Below, piece after piece: positions 1-8,127 of a stretch of 32,000 nt of DNA. The notes under the pieces are model-generated. The model saw nothing but the letters and a program-made list of their open reading frames with translations, did not search any database and was not told where the DNA came from. Origin of the DNA: an uncultured archaeon (GTDB lineage Archaea; Asgardarchaeota; Jordiarchaeia; Jordiarchaeales; Jordiarchaeaceae); assembly GCA_964510585.1 (NCBI GenBank), contig CAZECW010000033.1, positions 1 to 32,000 of the forward strand, given 5' to 3'. The first letter of the stretch is position 1; each line of letters starts with the position of its first letter. A program made the position numbers and the translations under genes.

Positions 1-229
1 TACTAATACATTCTCTAGAAATAATGCGTAATCTTCATCAAATATTAATAAATATTATTAAGTAGTATTTAGACAACCATCAAGAAAACCGAATTATATC
101 CACCGATACTGATAGAACAAAGCATTTATCTTATGATTAATATTTAAATATATATTTTTGCTAGGCTACGCATTCAAAACGTTTAAGTGGTTTTAAGAAC
201 TAATATTTTATAACTGAGAGGTGTAAAAT

Positions 230-835
230 TTGAGCGAAGATAAAAAAGAAGAAGTTCAGAACCCAGGAACCAGCAGTCCACCTTCCCCAAAATCAAAAAT
301 AGCCTCTCCAGTCACAGCAGTATCTGCAAGCAGTTCCAGAGAAGAAGAAATGTCAATGCTTCGAATGATGGTTAACATATTAGAAGATAGCGTTAACACA
401 ATGCTCAGAATAGAAAAAACCCTCAACGATAGACTAAGCATGTTGGAGAAAAGGATGGCCGAAACTGAGAAAAGACTCTCTGACCGTATTGGGAACATTG
501 GACTTTCAGGAACAGAAAAAATGGAGGAAGTTCTAGGCAAAGCGGTCAATGATATGCAAAAGGGAATGGAGATAATGGTTCTCCAAAACATGGTTGAAAA
601 AGTGGAGCAACTCGCAGCGCAAGTTAGAGGCCAACCAGCGCCCGAGAAAAAGAAGCCCGCAGTGGAAGAGAAGAAAGAAGAAAAGTACATCCCGAGAGTT
701 CAGAGAAGAGAAAGGGAAGAGAGAGAATTTAGAGACCGATCAAAGGATAGAACAGAGTTTAGAGAGCCAGCCCCAAAAGAAGAAGGAGAAGAGCGTTTAG
801 TTCGCCCATCAGACCTATTCGGCAGAGGCTACTAA
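230..835 (+). CDS. Hypothetical coiled-coil protein with disordered termini
   Basis: 201-aa ORF. TTG start follows an AGGTG Shine-Dalgarno (SD) at 219-223. Ser/Pro-rich N-terminus, Met/Leu-rich heptad core, charged linker, C-terminal RPSDLFGRGY. No family recognised. Confidence 0.8.
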   Translation: MSEDKKEEVQNPGTSSPPSPKSKIASPVTAVSASSSREEEMSMLRMMVNILEDSVNTMLRIEKTLNDRLSMLEKRMAETEKRLSDRIGNIGLSGTEKMEEVLGKAVNDMQKGMEIMVLQNMVEKVEQLAAQVRGQPAPEKKKPAVEEKKEEKYIPRVQRREREEREFRDRSKDRTEFREPAPKEEGEERLVRPSDLFGRGY

Positions 836-1026
836 GCCAAAAAATAATCAACAAAAATTTCCGTTTTTTCATCGTAAATCACTTAAAAACCTAAAAACAT
901 TCACGCTACAAACTCTGCTTATTTTAGGATTTCCAATTTGATTTCAATGCACTTTGACTCTTAAAATGTTTTGTTGGCCTGCCTTTTTATTTTATAACAA
1001 ATGAAGTTGGAGAAACTTTTGGGGGT

Positions 1027-1500
1027 CTACCATCTGGTTTCTTGTTCTTGCTCTTCATATTTTTGTTGTTGTTGGGATTTTATCTGAGCATCGATTTCTG
1101 CTTGCAAGTATTGTACTGCGTCTAAGAACCTGTTTAGTAGAATTAACATTTGAACACTCCAAATAGCGTCTTGCACATTTCCCAGAGTTGCCTTATGGGC
1201 TTTAATAGTTTCCTCGCGCATCTGTTCGATGTTTATTTCCTGTATTTTACGTATCTCGGCAAGGATGTTTGTGGTTGATTCGTTCAGGTGCTGAATAGTT
1301 TTTGTTCTTTCAGAGCGCACCGTATTTGTTAGCTCTACTACTGCATGAATCATGTTGGTAATGTTTTCGCTGAAGAATTCTGTAAATTTCTGGATTTTAT
1401 TGGTATAGTTTTCAATTAGGGTGGTCACATTTTCTATCTTTGAGTATATATCGTTAAGTGCTTGTGTAACTAGAGGGATTATTGCTTCTGAAGAGGACAT
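1027..1500 (-). CDS. Hypothetical all-helical/coiled-coil protein (157 aa)
   Basis: ATG (MSSSEA) at 1500 follows a GAGGTG SD, so the ORF-track start at 1518 is probably too long. Amphipathic heptad pattern throughout. Starts 1 nt after the upstream stop. Confidence 0.8.
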   Translation of the reverse strand: MSSSEAIIPLVTQALNDIYSKIENVTTLIENYTNKIQKFTEFFSENITNMIHAVVELTNTVRSERTKTIQHLNESTTNILAEIRKIQEINIEQMREETIKAHKATLGNVQDAIWSVQMLILLNRFLDAVQYLQAEIDAQIKSQQQQKYEEQEQETRW

Positions 1501-1501
1501 T

Positions 1502-1960
1502 TTAAACACCTCTCTCACTAGGTTGTAGCTCAGGTTTTATGGCTTGAGACCCTGTAGCTGCGGTAAGAATCTTCAGTGAGGCTTGGACGAGTTCCCTCAT
1601 CATTGGTCTTAGCTTCTGGGGGTCTAGCTCAGCGTATACGAGTTTTAGAATTTCTTCTACAGCTTCTTTGGATTTGGTAAACGTTTCGAGTTTTAGGATA
1701 TCTTTTAGGTTTGCTACCTCAAAGGCGAAGGTGTTAAGAAGGGTTTCGACTTGGTCGGCAAAAATTTCTTCCTCTTCTCTTATTGTTCGAGTCAAGTTTT
1801 CAAGTGTTTGATTTATTTGCCTAATGCTTTTCTCCACGTTTTCCATCAATCCTGATAGAAGGTCATAGTTTTTTTGCATAACACTGAGAGAATCGTCCAA
1901 TTTCATAGAAATATTTTTAAATTGGAAAATAAATTTGGAGGCGGTACTATCTTCGGACAA
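1502..1960 (-). CDS. Hypothetical all-helical/coiled-coil protein (152 aa)
   Basis: TTG start after an AGGTG SD. Heptad-like pattern. Abuts the next gene (TAA-A-ATG), implying an operon. Confidence 0.8.
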   Translation of the reverse strand: MSEDSTASKFIFQFKNISMKLDDSLSVMQKNYDLLSGLMENVEKSIRQINQTLENLTRTIREEEEIFADQVETLLNTFAFEVANLKDILKLETFTKSKEAVEEILKLVYAELDPQKLRPMMRELVQASLKILTAATGSQAIKPELQPSERGV

Positions 1961-2118
1961 ATTTTTACACCTAACTCTTCCTTTAAAGGAATATATGACC
2001 TTCTGGAAATAAAAAACTTCCTAGTTTCAAAAATCAGTACCCGTGTTTCTAATAATGTCTAATTCTTCAAAAATTAGTGCGAGTAACAATTAGAGAGGCG
2101 TACAAATTTTGGATTCTT

Positions 2119-2823
2119 TTATATGTTATCTAGTTTTAAACGTTTTATTGCTACTGCGCGGTTTTTTATTAGTTCTTCGATGACCATTATGACCTCGCTT
2201 ATGTCTCTTTTTAGAATTTTTGTTAGTTGACCAATATTATTTTCTCCATCTATCAATAGAAATAGGTCTACGACCCAATCGCCGTATTTCTCTATTAACT
2301 CTTCGGACATTTTGTTGTTAATAAATTCTAAGGTGAATATTTTCTTTACAGGTGTTGAAAAAACAGTCATTTCAATCTGCGGGGGAATCTCTGTAAACGC
2401 ATCAAAAATGGGTGCACCATTGTCTTTTACACTTTTAAGTTGTCCAGAGTAGACTTTTAAGTGGGTTCCTCTCTGTCTCGCCATTTTTCTATCTAACAAG
2501 TTTTTGAACTTTTTAGTTGAGGCTTCTAAAATCTTTTGAAAATCCTCGACACCTTCTTGATAAACAATAACTAGATAGTAATCATAAAAGCGTGAGATTC
2601 CAATGTCATAATCCCGTACTCGGGCGGTTAGGGTATAAATGTTTATCACACCTAAGTAGAGTATTAGAGATTGCAACGCATCGACTAGATCGCTGGGGAA
2701 GTGCGATATTACTACGCTGCCATTTAAGCCTAGAATCCCAGCGTATCTTATGTGCTCCATTTTTTCAGTCTCGCTTAATAAAGCCTCGAAATCTTCTATT
2801 AGTGAGTTCATAGAGTATCCCAC
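2119..2823 (-). CDS. Roadblock/profilin-like N-terminal domain fused to a C-terminal winged-helix domain
   Basis: N-terminal RYAGILGLNGSVVISHFP resembles the Roadblock 'A-IV-x-x-DG-V-AS-LP' strand pair. C-terminal LIDGENNIGQLTKILKRDISEVIMVIEELIKNRAV is a wHTH pattern. Alternative ATG start at 2811. Confidence 0.6.
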   Translation of the reverse strand: MGYSMNSLIEDFEALLSETEKMEHIRYAGILGLNGSVVISHFPSDLVDALQSLILYLGVINIYTLTARVRDYDIGISRFYDYYLVIVYQEGVEDFQKILEASTKKFKNLLDRKMARQRGTHLKVYSGQLKSVKDNGAPIFDAFTEIPPQIEMTVFSTPVKKIFTLEFINNKMSEELIEKYGDWVVDLFLLIDGENNIGQLTKILKRDISEVIMVIEELIKNRAVAIKRLKLDNI

Positions 2824-2851
2824 TAACCGATTGTTTAGATTCTGTTATTTA

Positions 2852-2863
2852 CTTGTGCACAAG
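2852..2863. promoter_or_regulatory. Perfect 12-bp palindrome CTTGTGCACAAG in a divergent intergenic region; candidate operator
   Basis: Self-complementary sequence seen directly, about 30-50 nt upstream of the 2119-2823 gene. Function inferred only. Confidence 0.3.
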
Positions 2864-3191
2864 AGGATCTGAATTCTTCAAAATTTCCTGGAAACAGGAA
2901 TTTTCATTTTGCGATGAGACATATTCTGCGGCAGACTAATTGTTACCTAGGTGGGAGAGTAGTGTGATTGGGTTATATGCTTTACTACGTTCTCCGGGTC
3001 AGCATTCAATCCTACAAAAAAGATTTACAACAAGAATAATTATTAGGAGCATATATCTTCTATTTGGTTTCTTAAGGAAAAATATTTGTGCAAAAGCAAA
3101 ATAACCAGAAAAGCAAATACTAATATAGAGATGCCAAAGCTTAATTTAATAAATCGCATACCAAAAAGGAAACAGTTTTTGAGGGAATAGA

Positions 3192-4550
3192 ATGTCTGCA
3201 CATATTTTTAGAGCTTATGACGTAAGGGCAGTTTTTAACAAAGAAATTGATGTAGAAAGTGTGGTTAGAATAGGGCTGGCTTTCGGAACATATCTGGGTG
3301 GAGAAGGCTTGGTGTTTACTGGAAGAGACATTAGAACCAGTTCACACATAGTGGAATGTGCCGCAGCTTCGGGAATTTGCTCTACGGGCTGTGATGTTGT
3401 TTCATTAGGTTTACTTCCCATTCCAGTATTTAACTTCTATGTGTGGAAAAGTAAGCCAAAGGCGGGATTGATGGTTACCGCATCTCATAACCCTCCAGAA
3501 TTTACAGGTTTACGCTTTAGACGCAGTGACGGAACAGGCTTCTCTGAGGAAAACAATAAAATTAAAGAAATATATGTTGAAGGCAAATTCATCAAAAAAC
3601 CCTGGAACCAACTTGGTAAATTAATGAGCATAAATACAGAAGTGGTTATTTGGGAATACATTCGTTACTTGCTAAATAAAATTTCTTTAGAGAGAAAATT
3701 AAAAATAATTCTTGATCCTGGCACAGGAACTGCCTCAATGGTTGCGCCTCAACTCTTTCGGGAGGCGGGATGTAAAGTTTTCACAATAAATTCACAGATT
3801 GATGGAACCTTTCCTGGCAGAGACTCCTACCCCCGTGAGGGAACTATTGATGATCTACAAAAAATCACCGCAGAGTGGGGAGCGGATATGGGCGTGGCTT
3901 ACGATGGGGATGCTGACAGAGCGGTTTTTGTGGATGATAAGGGACGAGTGGTGCGTCCCGAGGCTGCAGGTGTTCTTTTCATCAGGGATGCGCTTTCCGA
4001 GAAGAAAGGTAAAATAGTAGCTAACGTTTCAAGCTCTATGATTATACAGGAACAGGCTGAGGCTTTGGGTGGAGAAGTGGTCTATGAGAGGGTGGGTGAT
4101 GTTTTCATAACAGAGGCGATGAAAAGGCATAAAGCGATATTTGGGATTGAACCTTCAGGACATTTTTATTCTAATCGTTTCTACCCCTTCGACGACGGCA
4201 TTCAATCCAGTCTACTTTTGGCAGAGATTATCTCTAAACAAGAAAAAGCACTATCTAGACTTGTGGATGAAATTCCGAAATATCCCATGATTGAAGAAAC
4301 AGTAAAATGTGCGGATGAGAAAAAATTCAAAGTAGTGGAAGGAGTCAAGGAAAAATTGGAAAAGAGGGGATACCAACTTAACCTGATGGACGGGGTGAGG
4401 GTGGACCAAAAGGAAGGCTGGTTTATAGTTAGACCCTCTAACACTCAACCATTAATTCGCGTTACCATAGAAGCGAAAACGGAATCAAAATTGAAAGAAC
4501 TTAAAAATGAGATATTAGCACTCTTAAAAACAGAGATGGAAAAAATTTAA
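3192..4550 (+). CDS. Phosphoglucomutase/phosphomannomutase (alpha-D-phosphohexomutase family)
   Basis: Phosphoserine loop MVTASHNPP, metal loop YDGDADR, sugar-binding GIEPSGH, C-terminal RPSNTQP. 452 aa. Confidence 0.95.
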   Translation: MSAHIFRAYDVRAVFNKEIDVESVVRIGLAFGTYLGGEGLVFTGRDIRTSSHIVECAAASGICSTGCDVVSLGLLPIPVFNFYVWKSKPKAGLMVTASHNPPEFTGLRFRRSDGTGFSEENNKIKEIYVEGKFIKKPWNQLGKLMSINTEVVIWEYIRYLLNKISLERKLKIILDPGTGTASMVAPQLFREAGCKVFTINSQIDGTFPGRDSYPREGTIDDLQKITAEWGADMGVAYDGDADRAVFVDDKGRVVRPEAAGVLFIRDALSEKKGKIVANVSSSMIIQEQAEALGGEVVYERVGDVFITEAMKRHKAIFGIEPSGHFYSNRFYPFDDGIQSSLLLAEIISKQEKALSRLVDEIPKYPMIEETVKCADEKKFKVVEGVKEKLEKRGYQLNLMDGVRVDQKEGWFIVRPSNTQPLIRVTIEAKTESKLKELKNEILALLKTEMEKI

Positions 4551-4551
4551 A

Positions 4552-4568
4552 CCCTCCAAAAAGGAGGG
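4552..4568 (+). terminator. Short hairpin CCCTCC-AAAAA-GGAGGG just after the phosphohexomutase stop
   Basis: 6-bp perfect stem beginning 2 nt after the stop codon. There is no clear U-tract on the + strand, so the terminator role is uncertain. Confidence 0.3.
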
Positions 4569-5165
4569 AAAAAATTTCTGTCTGAAATTGGGGATGTAAA
4601 AAAGTTTGTGGCGCATCTTCTTAGGAGAAATATTTTGGTTGGCTGGTGGCATCATTTTCGCTGAATTCTAAAAGTCCTTATTCTTCCTCCTTTTGCCAAA
4701 AGAAACCATTTTATGCCTTCCTCAAAGGATGACCAAAACCTCCAAAGCTGAGTGCCCATTAAACTGAAAACATCTCCAAGCCACTAAAGTATGACAGGGA
4801 AGCTTTCCATTTTGGTAACAAAAACGATTCATCCTTTTTGGTATGAAACCTTCCACATTTTGAATTTATTTAGCTTTTTCAGATATTTCAAATGCTCATT
4901 ACTCTTTTGGGAGGGATAGATATTTATTTTAGATGTGTGTTGATATGCGTTGTAGAAAATTTAGAAAATGAGCTACTCCACGAAAATGTTTGAAAACAAG
5001 CAACACCTAGGACACATACAAATGGCAGTAAACGATACTAGCTACAGATTGTCCCGATTAGTGGCTCATAACATTTCTGTTTTTATAGTAATCTTAAAAT
5101 ACCATTTTTTGAAGTTTAAAAAAGATAAAAGGAGTGATTTGAAACTTAATGGGGTGTAAAAATAG

Positions 5166-5555
5166 ATGGAAGAAGCACTTGCCCACCACATTATAGGAGA
5201 GATGTACTCGACTTCAGAAAACATCAATGATCTAAAATTCATTAAGAAGGTTTTCATGGACGCAGTGAAAAAAGCGGGTCTAACAGTACTAAACTCTAAA
5301 TTTCACAAGTTTAAACCTCATGGTGTTAGTGGATTCATTATGATCAGTGAGTCTCACTTATCAATTCATACTTGGCCTGAAAGTGGATATGTGGCAATAG
5401 ATGTCTTCACTTGTGGAAGTTTATCACAGTGTAGAGAAGCATATGAGTATATCGTGTCAATGTTTAAACCAGCGTACCACACAAAGATAGAAATTGCAAG
5501 GGGAAAGTTGAATCAGCCCAGAGACTCCGAGAAGGATTTAATTTATGAACGATGA
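5166..5555 (+). CDS. speD: S-adenosylmethionine decarboxylase proenzyme (pyruvoyl-dependent, class 1B)
   Basis: HKFKPHGVSGFIMISESHLSIHTWPE with the E|SH self-cleavage site, and DVFTCG. Adjacent to two aminopropyltransferases. Confidence 0.9.
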   Translation: MEEALAHHIIGEMYSTSENINDLKFIKKVFMDAVKKAGLTVLNSKFHKFKPHGVSGFIMISESHLSIHTWPESGYVAIDVFTCGSLSQCREAYEYIVSMFKPAYHTKIEIARGKLNQPRDSEKDLIYER

Positions 5556-6450
5556 AAACCTCACCATGTGGTTTGCTAATTGGCACACTGACAATATTCA
5601 GCATCTAGTAAAGGTTAAATCTATTTATTGCACTAACTCAGAGTTTCAACGAATCGAAGTTGTTGACTCCAAAGTTTATGGGAGACTGCTCATTCTTAAT
5701 GGGGAAATCCAGCTATCCACCAAATTTAACTCCTATATCCACGAAAGCATGACGCACCCCGCCCTACTTTTACACCCTAACCCTAAAAACGTGCTCATAA
5801 TAGGAGGGGGAGATGGAGGCTCTACCACAGAAGTAATTAAACATAATATAGAATCTGTTACTGTTGTAGAAATAGATGAAAAGGTTGTCCAAGTTGCTAG
5901 GGAATATTTCCCCAGCATTTCTGCCGGATTTTCAGACCCCCGAGTAACAATAAAGTATCTAGATGGCAGAAATTTTGTAGAAAATTGTGAGCAAAAATTT
6001 GATGTGATAATAAATGATATTTCAGACCCAAAAGAATCCGCATGCACCGTTTTCACGAAGAGCTTCTTCGTTAAATTGTATAATTGCTTGAGGAAGGATG
6101 GGCTATTTATTACACATGCCGAATCCCCAGACTCCTGCGAGGAGGTGTTTTACAGGGTTATAGCAACTTTGCGGGATGTTTTTCCCATAGTTAGACCCTT
6201 TAGAGTTTGGATTCCGCCCTACATCGATTTTTGGGGGAGAATAATCGCATCTAAAAAATATGACCCCTTAGAGTTTGACGCCACCCAAATAGCAGAGCGT
6301 ATTCGAGATAGAAATCTTTTGCTTGAATGGTTGACTCCGGATCTTTTTTATGCTATGTTCCGGTACTTCTCCAAGGATGTTATCAACAGAATGAGTCAAG
6401 AATGGAGAATAATTACTGAGGAGGATTTCCCGATTTTTAAGAGACCTTAA
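5545..6450 (+). CDS. speE: Spermidine synthase-family polyamine aminopropyltransferase
   Basis: SEFQRIEV, HPALLLHPNPKNVLIIGGGDGG, VEIDEKVV, DGRNFV, FDVIINDISDP. Overlaps speD by 11 nt. Confidence 0.92.
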   Translation: MNDENLTMWFANWHTDNIQHLVKVKSIYCTNSEFQRIEVVDSKVYGRLLILNGEIQLSTKFNSYIHESMTHPALLLHPNPKNVLIIGGGDGGSTTEVIKHNIESVTVVEIDEKVVQVAREYFPSISAGFSDPRVTIKYLDGRNFVENCEQKFDVIINDISDPKESACTVFTKSFFVKLYNCLRKDGLFITHAESPDSCEEVFYRVIATLRDVFPIVRPFRVWIPPYIDFWGRIIASKKYDPLEFDATQIAERIRDRNLLLEWLTPDLFYAMFRYFSKDVINRMSQEWRIITEEDFPIFKRP

Positions 6451-6511
6451 AAAAGTTTAGGGGTGATGAATCATAACAAAACTTGAAATTAACAAAAATT
6501 TTCTGAGCATA

Positions 6512-7636
6512 ATGGTGAAGGAATGCAAAAAGAAGAATCCAGAGGATCCTAACATTACCTCCTACGAAATTTCGAGACTAATATTTCAACTTAGGGAGGG
6601 AAGGATCCTAAGCAATATTGCGTCCAGAATGCAGGTAGCATCAGTGATGACAGCATTAGGATATTTGCACTATAAAGATTTGCTCACATATAATCGCGAC
6701 ACGGGAGTGTTTAAGCTTAAGAAGGCCCCTGTTTGGAGTTTAAAGTCCTTTACCCAGCTTCAATATCAAGTTTTGAGAGAAACACTCCCCAAAGATAACC
6801 TGTTCAATCAAATTTTGGATAAACGCGATCTGGAGTTAATATCGGAGTATGCCCAACTATTCATAAATCTAGAAACGCTTCTCAGAAAATTTACCCTGAT
6901 GCAGTCATACAACGATATAGAGGACAAAGACATTATTTTCGTTGGGGACGACGATTTGTTAAGCGTGTTTACCGCTCTGCTGGGAGAAGCCAATCGGGTA
7001 ACTGTTCTGGACGTGGATGAGAGAATATTAGGGTTAATTGATAGGTTATCAAAAGAAAACGAACTAAATATTGAAACATTAAAACATGATTTAATGCATC
7101 CCTTGCCCTCCACTCTACAGAATAAATTTGACACTTTTGTAACAGACTCCTCACATTGTTTGGGGGGAATAATGCTTTTTGTAAGCAGGGGAATATCTTC
7201 ACTTAAAAAAGGAATCGAAACCGCGGGATACTTCAACTTCCAGACTGTCGACGAGGAACCAATAATGAGCTATCAAATAAGGAGGAGGATTTTCGAATAC
7301 CTGATTAATACCATGAAAGTCGTAGTATCATGCGCCATTCCCTCATTTATTAACTATATTATTCCGGTGGAGGAAAATAAGGCGCTAACAGAAAAGCTCC
7401 TCGAAGCCCTAAGAGCCCCTAGTTTCGACCAGTTTAAACCTTTAAGCGCATATAAGGATTCTTCAACCTTCATAGAGTTCTATCCCTACTTCACAATGGA
7501 GCCGGTAACAATAGTGAGAATAAATTGTTTGAATTCAGAGCCCCTCATCAAAGGAGAGTTCGATAAAGAATGCGAAAAGAAGCTTGGACCCATTTACTCA
7601 TGGAAATATCTAAAGGAAAAAATAAGAATCGACTAA
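6512..7636 (+). CDS. bpsA: Branched-chain polyamine synthase A (BpsA)-family aminopropyltransferase, divergent
   Basis: DIEDKDIIFVGDDDLLS (GDDD motif), VTVLDVDERI, HDLMHPLP, KFDTFVTD, LFVSRGISSLK...AGYF follow the BpsA family pattern as I recall it. Confidence 0.8.
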   Translation: MVKECKKKNPEDPNITSYEISRLIFQLREGRILSNIASRMQVASVMTALGYLHYKDLLTYNRDTGVFKLKKAPVWSLKSFTQLQYQVLRETLPKDNLFNQILDKRDLELISEYAQLFINLETLLRKFTLMQSYNDIEDKDIIFVGDDDLLSVFTALLGEANRVTVLDVDERILGLIDRLSKENELNIETLKHDLMHPLPSTLQNKFDTFVTDSSHCLGGIMLFVSRGISSLKKGIETAGYFNFQTVDEEPIMSYQIRRRIFEYLINTMKVVVSCAIPSFINYIIPVEENKALTEKLLEALRAPSFDQFKPLSAYKDSSTFIEFYPYFTMEPVTIVRINCLNSEPLIKGEFDKECEKKLGPIYSWKYLKEKIRID

Positions 7637-7759
7637 AATTCCCCCTTAAAAGCTAAAATGACTTTTGAATTTGTTTTTGCTAAGCAATGCTAAATTTATT
7701 TAGAAGAACGAAGATAATAAAAAGGGTTAATTGATTATTAGAAATTTACAAATAATTAT

Positions 7760-8017
7760 TTATATCTTTTTAACTAACTTTTTTCCCTCTTCCGTTATAC
7801 ATATCCAATTTGTCTCTGTGCGACTAACCAGTCCCCTCTTTACTAGGCTATCAATTGTTTCATCGGGAGTCATTTTGGCCTTACCACTAATCCAAATCTT
7901 GTAAACTTTTTGTAATCTTCCAGTAATGGTTTTCTGACGCTCACCTATAGAAAATTGAGCAATCAGAGATAAAGCTTGCTTTTCCTCTTCAGTTAGATCA
8001 GTAACCTGATCGGACAT
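7760..8017 (-). CDS. Small winged-helix protein
   Basis: 85 aa, ATG after GAGTGA. C-terminal IDSLVKRGLVSRTETNWICITEEGKKLV is a typical wHTH wing ending. Confidence 0.7.
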   Translation of the reverse strand: MSDQVTDLTEEEKQALSLIAQFSIGERQKTITGRLQKVYKIWISGKAKMTPDETIDSLVKRGLVSRTETNWICITEEGKKLVKKI

Positions 8018-8127
8018 TGCTTCTCACTCGAACCTCATATTCTTTATTCTAAGTTAAAGATAGGAGTACAAGCCTAAATCTCTTTCTACAAGTGCAACCA
8101 AAAACAAGAAAAGTCCCAAAAAAAGGC

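Noticed and set aside
4570-4960. Minus-strand reading frames interrupted by stops downstream of the phosphohexomutase
   Set aside because: No recognisable protein signature, so neither a pseudogene nor stop-codon recoding can be supported.
5545-5556. A +1 shift at CGA-TGA would fuse SpeD to SpeE, resembling polyamine-induced antizyme frameshifting
   Set aside because: Any out-of-frame overlap has an even chance of this geometry, speE has its own ATG with an AAGGA SD, and no stimulatory structure is evident.
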